Source of the DNA: Halocafeteria seosinensis | Taxonomy: Eukaryota | Length of the DNA stretch: 64,000 nt | NCBI GenBank assembly: GCA_001687465.1 | Contig: LVLI01000097.1 | Coordinates: 1-64,000, forward strand | Reading direction: 5' to 3' | Shown here: positions 36,258 to 48,222 of the stretch, in pieces | Layout of the letters: every line of letters starts with the position of its first letter | Numbering within the stretch: the first letter of the stretch is position 1 | Notes under the pieces: generated by a model | Told to the model about the DNA's origin: nothing | Seen by the model: the letters and a program-made list of their open reading frames with translations, nothing else | Database searches by the model: none | Program-made: the position numbers and the translations under genes

Positions 36258-37539
36258 TTACAAAATAGCGCGCTTGGCTTCTTCGGCCTTAAGGGCAGCT
36301 TCTCTTTTGGCCAAACGACGTTGAGTCTTAAGACCCAGGACACCACCACCCCAACGACGGCGGAGCTGTACGTTATCGGCGAATTTGGCGTTGGCGTTCT
36401 CCACTACCTTATCCAATGCAGATTTGTCCTCGGGGCGGATCGTAGTCAAAGCGACAGCGGCAGCCTTTTTCTGGTGAACCAATTTTCCGAGACGGCCTTT
36501 GTTATTTACAATCACGTAAGGCACTTGCATTTTCCTGCAGAGAGCTGGGAGCCAGCAGACAAGTTCAATCGGGTCGACATCGGAGGCAATAGCAACGAGA
36601 CGAGCCTTCTTCTGTTCAACAAGGTAGGTAATATGATTCAACCCAAACTTGAGTACAGAAGGTGGGGTGCTGGTTCCGTCCCTTCCTGCGGCCTTGCCTT
36701 CTCCGAGTTGCTGTAATCGCTGCTTCTTTTGGGCCTTGGTTTCAGGCTGGTATTTCGACAACAATTTGAATACCGGTACTGCCTCAGCACGATCCAAAGG
36801 GTTGTGGAATTGGTTGATGGCTGGCGGTATTTTCAAGCGGTCATACAAGACTTTGCGTTGACGCTGAATTCGGACATACTTTGGCCAGCGTACAAACCGA
36901 CTCAGATCGCGTTTGGGCTGCAGACAAAGCCGACACAAAAATAACAGATACACAATTCGTTGTACCCTGTTCATTCCCAGCGAGCGAGCAAACACGTACC
37001 CGAATATCACCACCGATACGCAGATTCTTTGGCATCGAGGGAAAGAGAGGGTCCTCCGGCGCCTCTGCCTTCTGGGCAGAACTCCCTCCAGCACGTTTAA
37101 GTCCTTTCTTCGCCGGCTGCACCACGACATAAATGGTACGACGTGAACATAAAATACGCATGCGTATATGAACGGAATAACACTCAATGATAAGGTGAAT
37201 AAAGCAGCTCAATGGAGACTGGCGAGTCTGTCAGATTGCCTCGTTTCAATCCCCGTTTTTGCCTCTTTCCACTCCATATGTACACCCCATTCATCACATA
37301 TGGTGTGTACTACGTATGCATTTACACCCATGTATTGCCCACGAGAGCGTACGGCCTCCTCAAGGCGCAAGATTTGTATGCGTAATGAAGGCAACAAATG
37401 CTCCCCACGGGTGTATCCCCATTCGTCTCGCTTCCCCCTTTGCTCCCCCTAGATAGCTGCCCACAACCCTTTTTGTACTTCTGCCCAAGGAGTCTCCCAC
37501 CTCCACTTTCCAGTCTATTCCGTACACAATACTCACCAT
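36258..37539 (-). CDS. RPL7A: 60S ribosomal protein L7a (eL8), 3 exons
   Basis: ATG|gtgagt at 37539, exon PAKKG...NLRIGGDIR, exon [20 protein letters not shown]...DVDPIELV...RRWGGG. Confidence 0.97.
37231..37297 (-). ncRNA. Candidate box C/D snoRNA in RPL7A intron 1
   Basis: Box C GTGATGA to box D CTGA spans 67 nt in an unusually long (about 420 nt) intron; no clear terminal stem. Confidence 0.35.
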
Positions 37540-37914
37540 TTTTACCGTAGATGTAGAATGTACTGCTTCCTACTTATATACTTCCAAAAGTCAGACGCAG
37601 AACGCTCTGGAGACAATGCGAAGCGACTGTGAGTGTAAATGCGCTTGGAAAAAGGGAAGGCATCCAGAGCGGACAATGTTTTCGTTCACTTTGAGCAATG
37701 GAGTTGAAGTCTATTCATTCAATGGCATCAATGCAATGAATGAGGTCTATTAGCATCTGGCATTGATCGTGCGTGGGTTATAAAGAAGCACGTTCTTCTG
37801 TTTTGCTCTCTTTGGTAGATTCTGTGTGTTGTACAGTGTATACTGTACAGGTTGAGGCTGATACAGTAGATAAAGTAACTTATTAAAGTTTATTACCACC
37901 GTTTGTAAGAGACG

Positions 37915-40670
37915 ATGCCGAAGAAGGGAGCTTCTAATACTAATACGGCCACTACAAGACGCCCCAATACCAGGCAAGCGGCTAATGAGAGCCATCCGAC
38001 CCAGAAAAGAGCCCGTTCACGAGAATCGGGAGGGACTCAAAAAACGTCGAAGAAGACATCTTACAAGAAGCAAGCGTCTACCGGCAAAGGAGGCACATAT
38101 GGCAGTGTGCCACAATCGGGACAGCAAGATAAGGCTAGTGGACAACAGGCGTCTGCCGCGGCGAGCTCTTCCTCCGGGAAGAAGTCAAGACAAAAGAAAA
38201 CCGGTAGTTCTTCGGCTTCCAGCGCGAAGAAAAAATGGTCCAGCAGTGAACAATCGGGGACTGATACAAGCCACTCTTCAGATATGGCACATTCAGGTAG
38301 GTGAACTACGGTAGTCTCTATCGTTGACTCTTGCTCCTGGCGTTTTATTCTTGCCTCACCATCTTATTGTCTTGTATTATTTTGTTGCTTGTTTGCAGGA
38401 GGCGGCGGTGCAAGTTCACGTTCGGTTGCTATAGGTAAGTAATGCTGAGAATCACAAGAACAGAAGTCTCTGTTTGAGAATGATGCTGCCACTTATATCG
38501 TCTATACTATCGTCCATTATCCTGTGTTTCTTTTGGACTCTTTTTCTCCAGGAGGTGACTTAGGTTCACGTCCCGCCCCCCTTGAGAGTAACTTGAGAAT
38601 ATGTACGTCGATCGAGGACATTAACGACATGTTGCACGTTGGAAATTGAAGAATGAATGCAGATTATACGAAGGAAGATGTAGTAAAGCTACGAGGGGTG
38701 CTAAGGAAATTAGTACAAGATAGAGCTTACGCTCTGGCAAATCCGGAGGAGATGGCTTTCACAGTGCCGTCGGGTGCTCAAACGGAACCATGCATGCCAG
38801 AACAAATCATGAATGGCAAATTCATTGATAAGTCTGAATCATATTGGAAAGGCCTCGACTGGGATGAACAGGGCACTGATGAATTTTCGGGCGTTCGACT
38901 ATGCTGCTTTCCAAGAAGATTCGGCAAAACCACATGGCTGGAATTTATGAGATGGACTCTCTGTGTTCCTCCACTTGACGACCCTATGTTAGAAGGAAAC
39001 AAAATGCAGAAATTCTATCAAGCTGCAGCAGCATTGGAGAAAGGACATACGTTCGTAGGAGCGTCACTGCGGCCGGCATTGTACTTTTGTTTCAACTGGG
39101 AATTGGCGAAAAACCTCCGGGAGAGTGTCGCAGACCAGTTTCGGCAATGTGGTCTGCGCATAGATGGACCAATTGCACTCACGCAGTCGTCAATAATACT
39201 CCAGACGGGGCTTAATCAGTTACGACATTTGTATGTTGAAGCAACACAGGGATTAACAGCCCAGGAGCGAACTTTGGTGTCACTGAAGCCTCTGGTGCTC
39301 TTAGATGAAACGGACTATCCCTGGAGAGAACAGCATGTAGCCGGCTCAGGTAGCGCGGACGAGATCATCAACAGTGAGAGACGACTTTCTGAGTGTCGGC
39401 CGTTTTTCGCCGCATTGAAAAACTTTGTTAAGGTTGGTTTGTGGGGAATCATGATGGTTACTTTGCTTCGTATCGCTGGAACTGGTCTATCTGAGCTTGA
39501 CTCCTACGATATTGGGTTGTCTGCGAAGTATCATGGAATAGTTGGGATTACCGAAGAAGAGCTTTTGGGTGCGCTCGCGAAGAATGAACGCATTGAAAAG
39601 AACGAACATGTTTGTATGGACGATTTATTTGCTTGGGGGGGGTGCAAAGAGGCAAAGCAAGAGCCGTATGCTATCATGGCTCTCTGACAAAATCAATGGG
39701 TTTTGCTCTGCTCTAGACAGAGAGAAACAGATGAGTCCTGTATACAGCCCGTTAGACGTTCTTTCCATGTTGAACAAAGTTGACGCTTACAAACACAAAG
39801 GAACTATTCAACATCCGGAGAAGCTTAAATGGCTTACGTCAAGTTCTGATAGAATCGCACGAGCCTAAACATCACTGGCTGGTGATGCAGGAAAATCAAA
39901 AGAAGTAATGAAGTAATGGAGAACCTTGCCGGAGGTATAGTTGGCTTCAGATCTCCGACGGCGTGCCGTAGCAGGGTCTATTTCTACCGATAACGTTACG
40001 AGTATTTTGTCGTTGCTGTTCGAATTGGGATTACTTCAAATGATATGGAAAAGTGAAGATGGAGAGTGGGTCCACTTGGGTCCTAGAACAGAAATACAAT
40101 ATCATGGCGAAGGCGTTCACGTTATGGAATACCAAACTATCTGACAAGCAGGCCACTCAGTTACGAGAGAAAGCGAGCTTTCTGAGATACTTCTGCGGCA
40201 CTCTTCGCGAAGCGGGATCCATTGTCGCGTCGAGACAGAGAGGGACAAAATACATACGAGAGTTCACGCTGCAGTTGGCTACATACGTAAAGATGAAGCG
40301 AGAATTAAACCATAAGGATATTGAGGTGGACATTGAATTCCCCATAGTATGGTATGATGAGGAAAAAAGTCAAATGAAGCAAAAGGGGCAACAAGATTGT
40401 TGTATTAGGTTTCGTAAACCTGAATTTCATTTGATCGTAGAGTACAAACAATTGAAAGGAAAGAAGACTGGTCGGTTCGACGAATACATGGGCCGTGCTA
40501 TGCAGGAGGCCATCGTTTAGGCAGATGGGTACCGCAACAGCAGAAAGCTACGTACGGGCGTACTGCTTATTGGGGTAGTATCTCATTGAGATGGTGAGAC
40601 AATGCTGATCGATGTAAAGTCTGTCGACAGTCATCGGCAAGAGAACGCCTTTGAGAGAATAGAGGTGCAA
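37915..40670 (+). pseudogene. Disrupted AAA-ATPase-like + PD-(D/E)xK nuclease gene with basic low-complexity N-terminus
   Basis: FPRRFGKT (Walker A), VLLDETDYP (Walker B), GITEEEL, INGF, VYSPLDVL, GQQD...IVEYK. Two 5' introns; in-frame stops at 38647, 39866 and 40518; frameshifts including at the G8 run 39635-39642. Confidence 0.75.
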
Positions 40671-40718
40671 TGAGGAGTTCCCTTCGATGTGTCGTTGGTC
40701 TGGCTCACTTTGGACTTA

Positions 40719-41432
40719 CTCGAAACTGGGTCACCGAATACTGTTCCAAGCAAACTCGCAGCGAAAATAGCAGTGTGTTTCCTCCTTTGGAAGTTCCGAG
40801 TAGTCGAATGCTGAAGTCATACTAATATTCCGAAAGAATCTCATGCTTGCACAGTTTGTGGGGCCATGTCATACATGTATTGGTAAAACTGCCACTTGAC
40901 AGTAGCCACTAGCAGCCCACTACCGACTACGAGAAAGTTAGGCACTCAAATGGCGCCGGTAGAAAAACGCACCCCAGGATATACCACCCTGTTGCTATCA
41001 CTATGAATAGAATAGTGCCTCCTTTTCGGAATAGTGGTAATACTTGTAAAAATGACTGAAGCTATTAAAACCAAGCGATTACCTCAAACAAAAATGGATA
41101 GAAAATGCTTCAGTCTAGAGACGGAATACACCGGATTTTCCGACGGGTTCCGCAGGGTAACGATTCACTCGGCTTTTCAATCCTGAAGCGGTGTACGACC
41201 GCTTTTTTCGATCTTTTTGCAGGGGCCGGATTTTGGGTGGCTCTAGCGGTGTGCCACCGGATTTTCCGACGGGTGAGGATTCTCTCTGGGTCTTGGCGCT
41301 GAAACACCGTACATTGCTACTAACGGTATGGCACGTATTGCAGTGGAACTTTTACACTCTGCCAGCAAAAGGTCGAATAATAAAACAAAGTGTACGCAGC
41401 TCCGCAATAACACAGAACCTGGAAACTGCAAC
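40719..41432 (-). repeat. Rearranged inverted copy of S1P-locus sequence (20428-20810 plus 19507-19532) with an internal insertion
   Basis: The reverse complement aligns to 20428-20810; 40719-40744 is an exact 26-nt reverse complement of S1P coding 19507-19532. Confidence 0.8.
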
Positions 41433-42332
41433 GCTGTTCATAGAGGCGGCCTACGAAGACACTCACGAGAATGAGTGTAAGTTTTTCTTAGTGTCTCCAC
41501 AACCGGGTAAAGAAAGCACCATCTGCAGGTCCCAGTTCGAAAATCAATTTCTCGAAAACCGGCGCACTCCCACTTACTCAGACCCATCCCATCGTTCTGC
41601 TTGGTGCAGTTCGACGGGGAACGTTGGCAACAGCGGATAGCAGCTATCACATTTGGGCAAAACTGCAGCTCTCCCACTCTGCCATTGGGTACGTCGGACC
41701 AGCTGGAGCTAAATACCCTCGGCATCCGTATCCGATCCTGCGGTCCAGGAGATGATTGATCGACCTGATGTGTACGGACAGAGCCCATCATGTGTAGCCT
41801 GTCGAGCGACACTACACAACCCGACCTAAGACATTGTCTGGTAGTACTGGTACCACTATATGCATCGCTTCACCGACGAGACTATCTGTAATACAACTCA
41901 AGGATGGCGGCAAAGCGCGGATAATACCTTCCTTTTGACGCACCTAAAGCAGTTATACCCTGTGGTGGGTACCAAATACTAGACAGTACCGTATGTAGTC
42001 GGAACAGTCTCATAAGAATCCGAACGGGCTCGTTATACATGTACGCTCCACTCACGGCACAATTTACCACGGCGTCAAAGCCCCCCTCTACCACGCTTCG
42101 AGTCGCCTTGCATCTCCTTGAAGTACAGCACTATGAACTTCCATTTTTGTTCCAAACTACAAAAAGGGTTCTGAACTTCTGAGGGGGGGGGGGTGCCAAC
42201 CGTGACATGCGGTGGCGCCGCGGCCCACTACCATGGTACGTTGAAGCGAGAGAAAAGTGCAAAAAACTTCTTGAATCCACCGGATTGATACTTGGAGAGC
42301 CCCGAATTCCGTGATTGCTTCATAAGAGAAAA

Positions 42333-43427
42333 ATGCGTACGTTCGCATATGCACTCGCACTCTGTGCTGCCACTTGTTGTGTGCAGGCGGAAGAAAGCGA
42401 AGAACATTACTTTCCTGCGGATGCCACGGCGCTTGGCAATGAATGCTCGTGGATTAAAGAATGCACTCTTAGTCCACCGTCAGGTTGTGAGCAATATCGT
42501 TTCCACGAACGGCCATGCGCCTGCCTGACTCCAGCTGCCAAGTGTATGTACGAGCATTGGAAGCGCTTCAGTACCAGCCAACGAGAAGACATGTACAACC
42601 GATGCGGGAGAACTCAATTTCCTTTCGGTGTACACATGCATTACCTCCACCAAAAGAATTGTGAATTTGCCGCAATGGCTCAGAAGGAATTAGACGAACA
42701 ACGTGAACTGCAATCTTACTCGTATAGCTGTGGTTGGACTCTGGCTGACGGATTTCACAACCAAAAACGGGAGACTTATGAGCACGAACATATTTGTCTA
42801 AGAGCTCCTGGATGGCCCAAACATACCAGTCTAAACTACACGGAGCTCGTAATTCAAAAAGGGGGAGCACAGCAAGTATCCATGTATCTAAGTGTTTCTG
42901 AGCATGCGGGTATTGACTACCACTTTTACTCAGGAGACATGTCGGCATCGAAATCAGGAAAACTGGAGCCTGGCCACTCGGACAGTGTGTGTACGAATGC
43001 GCTTTACCCCAAGTTCTTCCCGGGAGTACTCAATACTGGAATTCAGTACATGCAACCACGAGCAACGGACGACGTAGAAGGGATAAAATGGGTGATATAC
43101 TTTAAAAACAGAAATTGGATACACAACGCGCATGTTCAGATGTCTTTTGGCCCTGAGTGTTTCAACGGCATGGACAGCAAAAATGACTACTCGTTGTGTA
43201 CAAATAAAACCGTCAATTGGAGTTTGGTGGATGGCAGCACGAGTACTTTTTACGCAATCAACGGGTGTGAAATGCACTGCGAGGATACTTCATCCACAAC
43301 CCCCTGCTGCATCTCCACCGGTAAGCCTCCTAGTTACAGAACCGGCTGCGGAACGAACTGCGCCAATTGCAAGAATGGTTGTTCCTCCAATATTCGGAAC
43401 TATCACAGAGGGTCGAGGCCGGTGTAA
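42333..43427 (+). CDS. Secreted cysteine-rich protein of unknown function (intronless, about 364 aa)
   Basis: Signal peptide MRTFAYALALCAATCCVQA; Cys-rich N- and C-termini around a beta-rich middle. Confidence 0.8.
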   Translation: MRTFAYALALCAATCCVQAEESEEHYFPADATALGNECSWIKECTLSPPSGCEQYRFHERPCACLTPAAKCMYEHWKRFSTSQREDMYNRCGRTQFPFGVHMHYLHQKNCEFAAMAQKELDEQRELQSYSYSCGWTLADGFHNQKRETYEHEHICLRAPGWPKHTSLNYTELVIQKGGAQQVSMYLSVSEHAGIDYHFYSGDMSASKSGKLEPGHSDSVCTNALYPKFFPGVLNTGIQYMQPRATDDVEGIKWVIYFKNRNWIHNAHVQMSFGPECFNGMDSKNDYSLCTNKTVNWSLVDGSTSTFYAINGCEMHCEDTSSTTPCCISTGKPPSYRTGCGTNCANCKNGCSSNIRNYHRGSRPV

Positions 43428-44379
43428 CAATTGCAAGACTGCTAAGAGTCTGCTCTTTAAATCAACACTAAACCCAAAATTCTTTATTCCAGAAATGTTG
43501 ATTTTTGAAATATAAAGTTCCCATATAGTGATTTCACAATGTACTCAATTTAATTCCAGAAATATGGATTTTATCGCACAAACAATTATGGGTTACGGTA
43601 CCCAGTACATTCAAATTCGGGACCAGAGGCGTCGTACTCTACGCTGTCTTTATTAAGGTGTTTTGTATATCCTCAGTGTGCAGACATCCATGAGAAGAAG
43701 TACCGGGCTTCCTGGCCAAGATGGCCGAACGAGTTTTCACAAAAGGAAGGCTAATCATAGTTGTAGCAGTGAAAACAAGCGTGTAGCGCTGTCACAGACG
43801 ACGAAGACACCAAAACGCACATCAGAGAACACCAAAACGACAAACCATGCTGGTGAGGACAGTCCGCACATGGACATGACATCTGGCTGCACCACAACGA
43901 CGAGAATGGAACGCGGTAGGTCCACAACTACGCGCGCTGGTACAGTGCAACCTCAGGAACCAAGGGCACGTGCGACAATCATAATGTGACCACAAAAGGG
44001 CAGTTTCAACGTCGGCATTTCTGGTCTACATCACAGGCACATGCATGTGATGGTACGACGCCAGAGAAGCAGACACAGGGTACTGCAATTGGATGTGAGC
44101 AGGCACGGGAGAGGAATTCGTACTTCGCCGGATGATAGCGAAAGCTCTACCACATCCGAAAGTGGTCTCAGTGATTTTGAAAGCGACGAACCTGGCACAG
44201 ACAATGAAGAAGACGGCCCGGGGCAGGTTACAACCACAGATACTACGAGGTCCAAAGGGGAGTTGATGAGAACCGCCGCTCGAGATGCGATGGGACAGGA
44301 AAGAATTGAGGGCAATGATATCCCAACGGTCCGACTGAGGACTTTAGCCGAACTGCAGCTGCTGATTGAGTAGGGAACT

Positions 44380-45330
44380 GACGGCATCGTCGAACGCGGT
44401 GATCGTTTTCAGCGAAAAGCTGATGTACTTCTCCGCTTCACCGAGCTCGCTCACGTTCTGCAATTAGAAACTGTGGCGACTGACAGTGGACCCAGTGCGA
44501 TCGCAATTAAGTTAAAGAACGAGGAAAATACGGAAGATCCAGAATACTTTCTTGAAGCTACGTATAGGATGGACGGAACGGGCGTGTAAGCAAAGTAAAG
44601 GCTCACGAGAGTCTTCTTCACGACACAGCCGATGCAACAGAAGAGGAATGCACAACTGAAGCAGCTCCGAGAAAGAGAAAAGGAATGAAGACCGTAAACT
44701 ACACGTACAAGCAATTGGCCCCTGCTTGCACCGCCCTGGTTGACCCCGCGGCGGCATTCCAAAAGGAAAGGTCTTTCAGCAGCACTTAACTCTGTATCTC
44801 CACAAAGGTTAAACAAAAAGAAGGCACAGCTTTATCAGTTTGTGACGCCCCAAGGTCCTAGTTCTTGCGCAGGTGCTCGCTGATGGAGAGAGTGAAGCTG
44901 TAATCCTGAAGTTCATTCACGAGCTTCTGGGGGGAATTCCGCCGGGCGTGATCATCTCAAATGACGCAACCGGATTTCGAAAAGCTGTGCATGAGGTGTG
45001 GCCTCAGGGAATTCGTAAGTCATGTAGGGACCATCTGATTGTCAACTGGAACAAGCGATTCAGTAAGTTCCAGAACCGAGAAGACGTGCTTCCAGACAAG
45101 ATCTTACTGCGAAAGGCTGCTACTACCATAGACAATTAGTCAGTCTAAAGGGTATTGGGACGAGCTGGAGACGGTTTGTCAGGCGAACTTGTCGGAAAAT
45201 TTCATCGAATACTTTCGGGATAGCTTGAGCTTTTGGACTCTCGCGGATTCCGAAGAATGTTTACGTGGGTTACTCTTTTGCGAACAGTATAACTGAAAGT
45301 GCCAACCATATGGTTAAGGGGCAGGAGATA
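44380..45330 (+). mobile_element. Decayed Mutator-like (MULE) transposase
   Basis: GDRFQRKADV (MuDR-like), ESEAVILKFIHELLGGIPPGVIISNDATGFRKAVHEVWP...CRDHLIVN (MULE core with CxxH) and NSITESANHMVK (catalytic E region); stops and frameshifts. Confidence 0.8.
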
Positions 45331-45649
45331 ACCCACGCCACCAGCACGCTTCGAGTAATATACATCGCATGTTCGACTTCCGATGCTTCTGTAATTAGCC
45401 CAGATGTGATGACATGTCCGCCTATTATCTCCGCAAGACTCCAGGGATCGACGACGCGAAAGAGAACGGAGCTGCTGAAAAAGCTGAAAGATTGCTCCTC
45501 ACCAGTAAGATGGGATGGTGTACCGATAAGAAGATTTAGACTGAGCAATTCTCTGACTGCCGTGCTTGATGGGGATCATAACCGGTGCTTCAAGGTTACG
45601 CCGTGTGGTAGTACTTCTGAGACGGTTAGGCCAATCATGTCGCGTACAC

Positions 45650-45793
45650 GATGCGGAACTTCCGCAAGCTGATGACAGCCAAACTGTCAGTCACGTTGAT
45701 GCGCTACGACGTGAAGATGTTGGGCCGGTTCCGCGGCGTAGCCCAGCCTGTAGCAGACACGTCTTCCGGTAGGAGCAAAACCAATACACACAC
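45650..45793 (+). mobile_element. CRE-like retrotransposon 3' fragment, copy 6
   Basis: gatgcggaacttccgcaagctgatgac...gtcttccggtaggagcaaaaccaatacacacac. Confidence 0.85.
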
Positions 45794-45935
45794 TTGCGTA
45801 CACTGTTCCATCTGAGCTCCCGACGGCACTGAGAAAGCCATGGAATTGCCTGAGCGTGTAGGCTCTGTCACAGTCACTCTGTGGTACCAATTTCCCTAGC
45901 ACCCTCTTGCAGCTTTCCTACATCCTCGCCCGTCG

Positions 45936-46211
45936 GTGACTGCTCTGAACTCAGTACTGTATGGAGGCCAGCTTGTTACGAAGGTCGTACGTTTCAAACG
46001 TGGTTATGACTTCGTGCGGGCTTCTTCTTGGGCAGGCACAATGGGACTTAGTCGGGCGCCTTCCGGCCCGCTCCAGATCCAACTTCGCACTGAGTGTAGG
46101 AGTGGTAAAACTACCTTTCCCATTTTCTTCCGGATCCATCAAAGCATGCCGAATCACAGTATTCGGTGACCCTGTTTCGAGCATGCAATATGAGAAACCA
46201 GTCTCATGAGC
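45936..46211 (+). pseudogene. Degenerate copy of an internal S1P gene segment (19237-19562) including intron-derived sequence
   Basis: Colinear blocks gtgactgctctgaactcagtactgt, gggacttagtcggg, aacttcgcactg, gtaaaactacct, aagcatgccgaat-acagtattcggtgaccc and tctcatgagc. Confidence 0.85.
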
Positions 46212-46560
46212 AACGCGCTGAACGCGAAACGTCAGTTCAGTTCCAGGCTGGGGAACCCGGCACCACGTTAACGGCCGTCTCGGTCGCAGAGCGACCTGGC
46301 CCAGATGGATCCTGAAGGAGTCAGATTCGTTGCACAGGCTATACAGAAGCGCTCATGCATTGTTGTTCAGGCATCGACTCGGATTCGGGGAGAAGAAAGC
46401 ATTGCGCATTTTTCTGGCTATATCCTGAGTACGTATAATGAGGAGAAAGAGGTGAAATCCTGCGTACAAGACCATATCCTGGCCGTTAATTTGCCATGCA
46501 GACAGCAAAACCAAGGCCATTATGATTTCTGTGGGCCAAATCGGGGACTATTTGGTCTCT

Positions 46561-48222
46561 ATGCTGAGAGGGAACATAGCCCCACATCTCCCTAAAAGCG
46601 TCCAAAATGTCTTGATGGCACATCCGCAAGCTACAGTGGCGGTAAGCACGGCATTTCACATCCTTTTTCGAACTATGCACCACCATCTCTGTGCCTGCAG
46701 GTACTTTCTCTCGTCTGTATCGTTTCATTTGTGTCTTTGTTTGTTGTTGTTGTGGTAGGTGCACCTGTTGTACGTGTATGTGGCTGTACAAATGGCTTTG
46801 ACGCAACGGGGCGCCTGCAGACTTCCTGGAACCAGAAGCCTCGAATGGATCTATTGTCCATTAACAAGTCGATTGCCGATGTCAAGGGCAAGGCAGGGAG
46901 CTATTCGGATCTCTTTGAAGGTGGTACGTCAAGCTCGAAAATGATGTTTTTGGGGTGCTGAATTGGTGAATATAAACGTTGCCTCCGCGCCCAGAGGATG
47001 CTCGACGTCGTAAGGAAGAGTATTCGCAGTTAGTGGACAATTATTACAATCTGGCCACGGATTTTTACCTCTTTGGATGGGGTAAAAACTTTCATTTTGC
47101 CCCGCGATACCCTGGTGAAACTTTGGATGAATCAATCCGACGCCACGAGTACTGGATGGCGTCGCGCTTGGGTTTGAAAGACGGAATGCGTGTATTGGAT
47201 TGTGGTTGTGGTGTTGGAGGACCTGCTCGTAATATCTCTCGATTTTCTCGTGCCCATGTGACTGGTATTTCTCTCAATCAGCATCAGATTGACTTGGGGA
47301 ATCAGTACACCCGTGATGAAGGTCTTGCTGACCTCGTGGACTTGAGACAAGGTGATTTCATGCACTTGCCGTTTGAGAACGAACATTTCGATGCTGTTTA
47401 CGCTATTGAGGCTACTTGCCATGCACCCGATCGTGAAAAATGTTTTTCTGAAATCTACAGAGTGCTCAAACCAGGTAAGAAATTATGGCATCCAGTGCAG
47501 TTACCAGAACGAACAAATGTTGCCCATTACGCTAGCACACAGGTGGATACTTTGGCTGCTGCGAGTGGGTCCAAGGAAAGGGTTTTAAAGCATCAGATCC
47601 GGAACACAAGGCAATCAAGTACAACATTGAGATTGGTAATGGCTTGCCGGATCTGACAGGCCCGAGCAATGTTCGTAGAGCTATGAAGAATGCAGGGTTC
47701 GAGTTGCAGGATTTTCGCGACTTATCGACTGACCCCGGGTTCTCACCTGTGCCTTGGTACCAGCCTTTCCTCGATGGATGGATGACAACGCCTTGGGCGA
47801 TTTCTATCACGAACACGATTGTCTGGCTTTTTGAGACTCTGCGTATTCTTCCAACCGGTACTCACTTGATCCACTCGCATCTCGCCGGTGGGGCGCATGC
47901 CCTTGTTGAAGGGGGCAAGCGCCAGCTGTTTACCCCTATGTTGTTTGTGCTGGCGAAAAAGCCTGGTATTGAAGAGAACATTCAAGGAGCTCATAAAACG
48001 GCCGCACAAGGTCGAAGCCGGACTCCTGCCAAGAAAACGGGACGTCAAACACCCAAGAAAGGTGCTCCTGTCCAGGACGAAGACAGTGATAGCGGTGATT
48101 CTGTCGCGGATAGTGTAAGGAAGCGCCGCCGTGGCTCTGCAACGCCATCGGCCACTCCAAACAAGCGTACACCCCGCGCCCGAAGTGTTGGGAAGAGAAG
48201 TGCTACGCGCCGCCGAGCATAA
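46561..48222 (+). CDS. SMT1: Sterol C24-methyltransferase paralogue B with basic C-terminal extension, 5 exons
   Basis: VDNYYNLATDFYLFGWGKNFHFAP, LDCGCGVGGPAR, YAIEATCHAP, RVLKP|GG (intron 47475-47542), IEIGNGLP, PWYQP. Confidence 0.92.
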
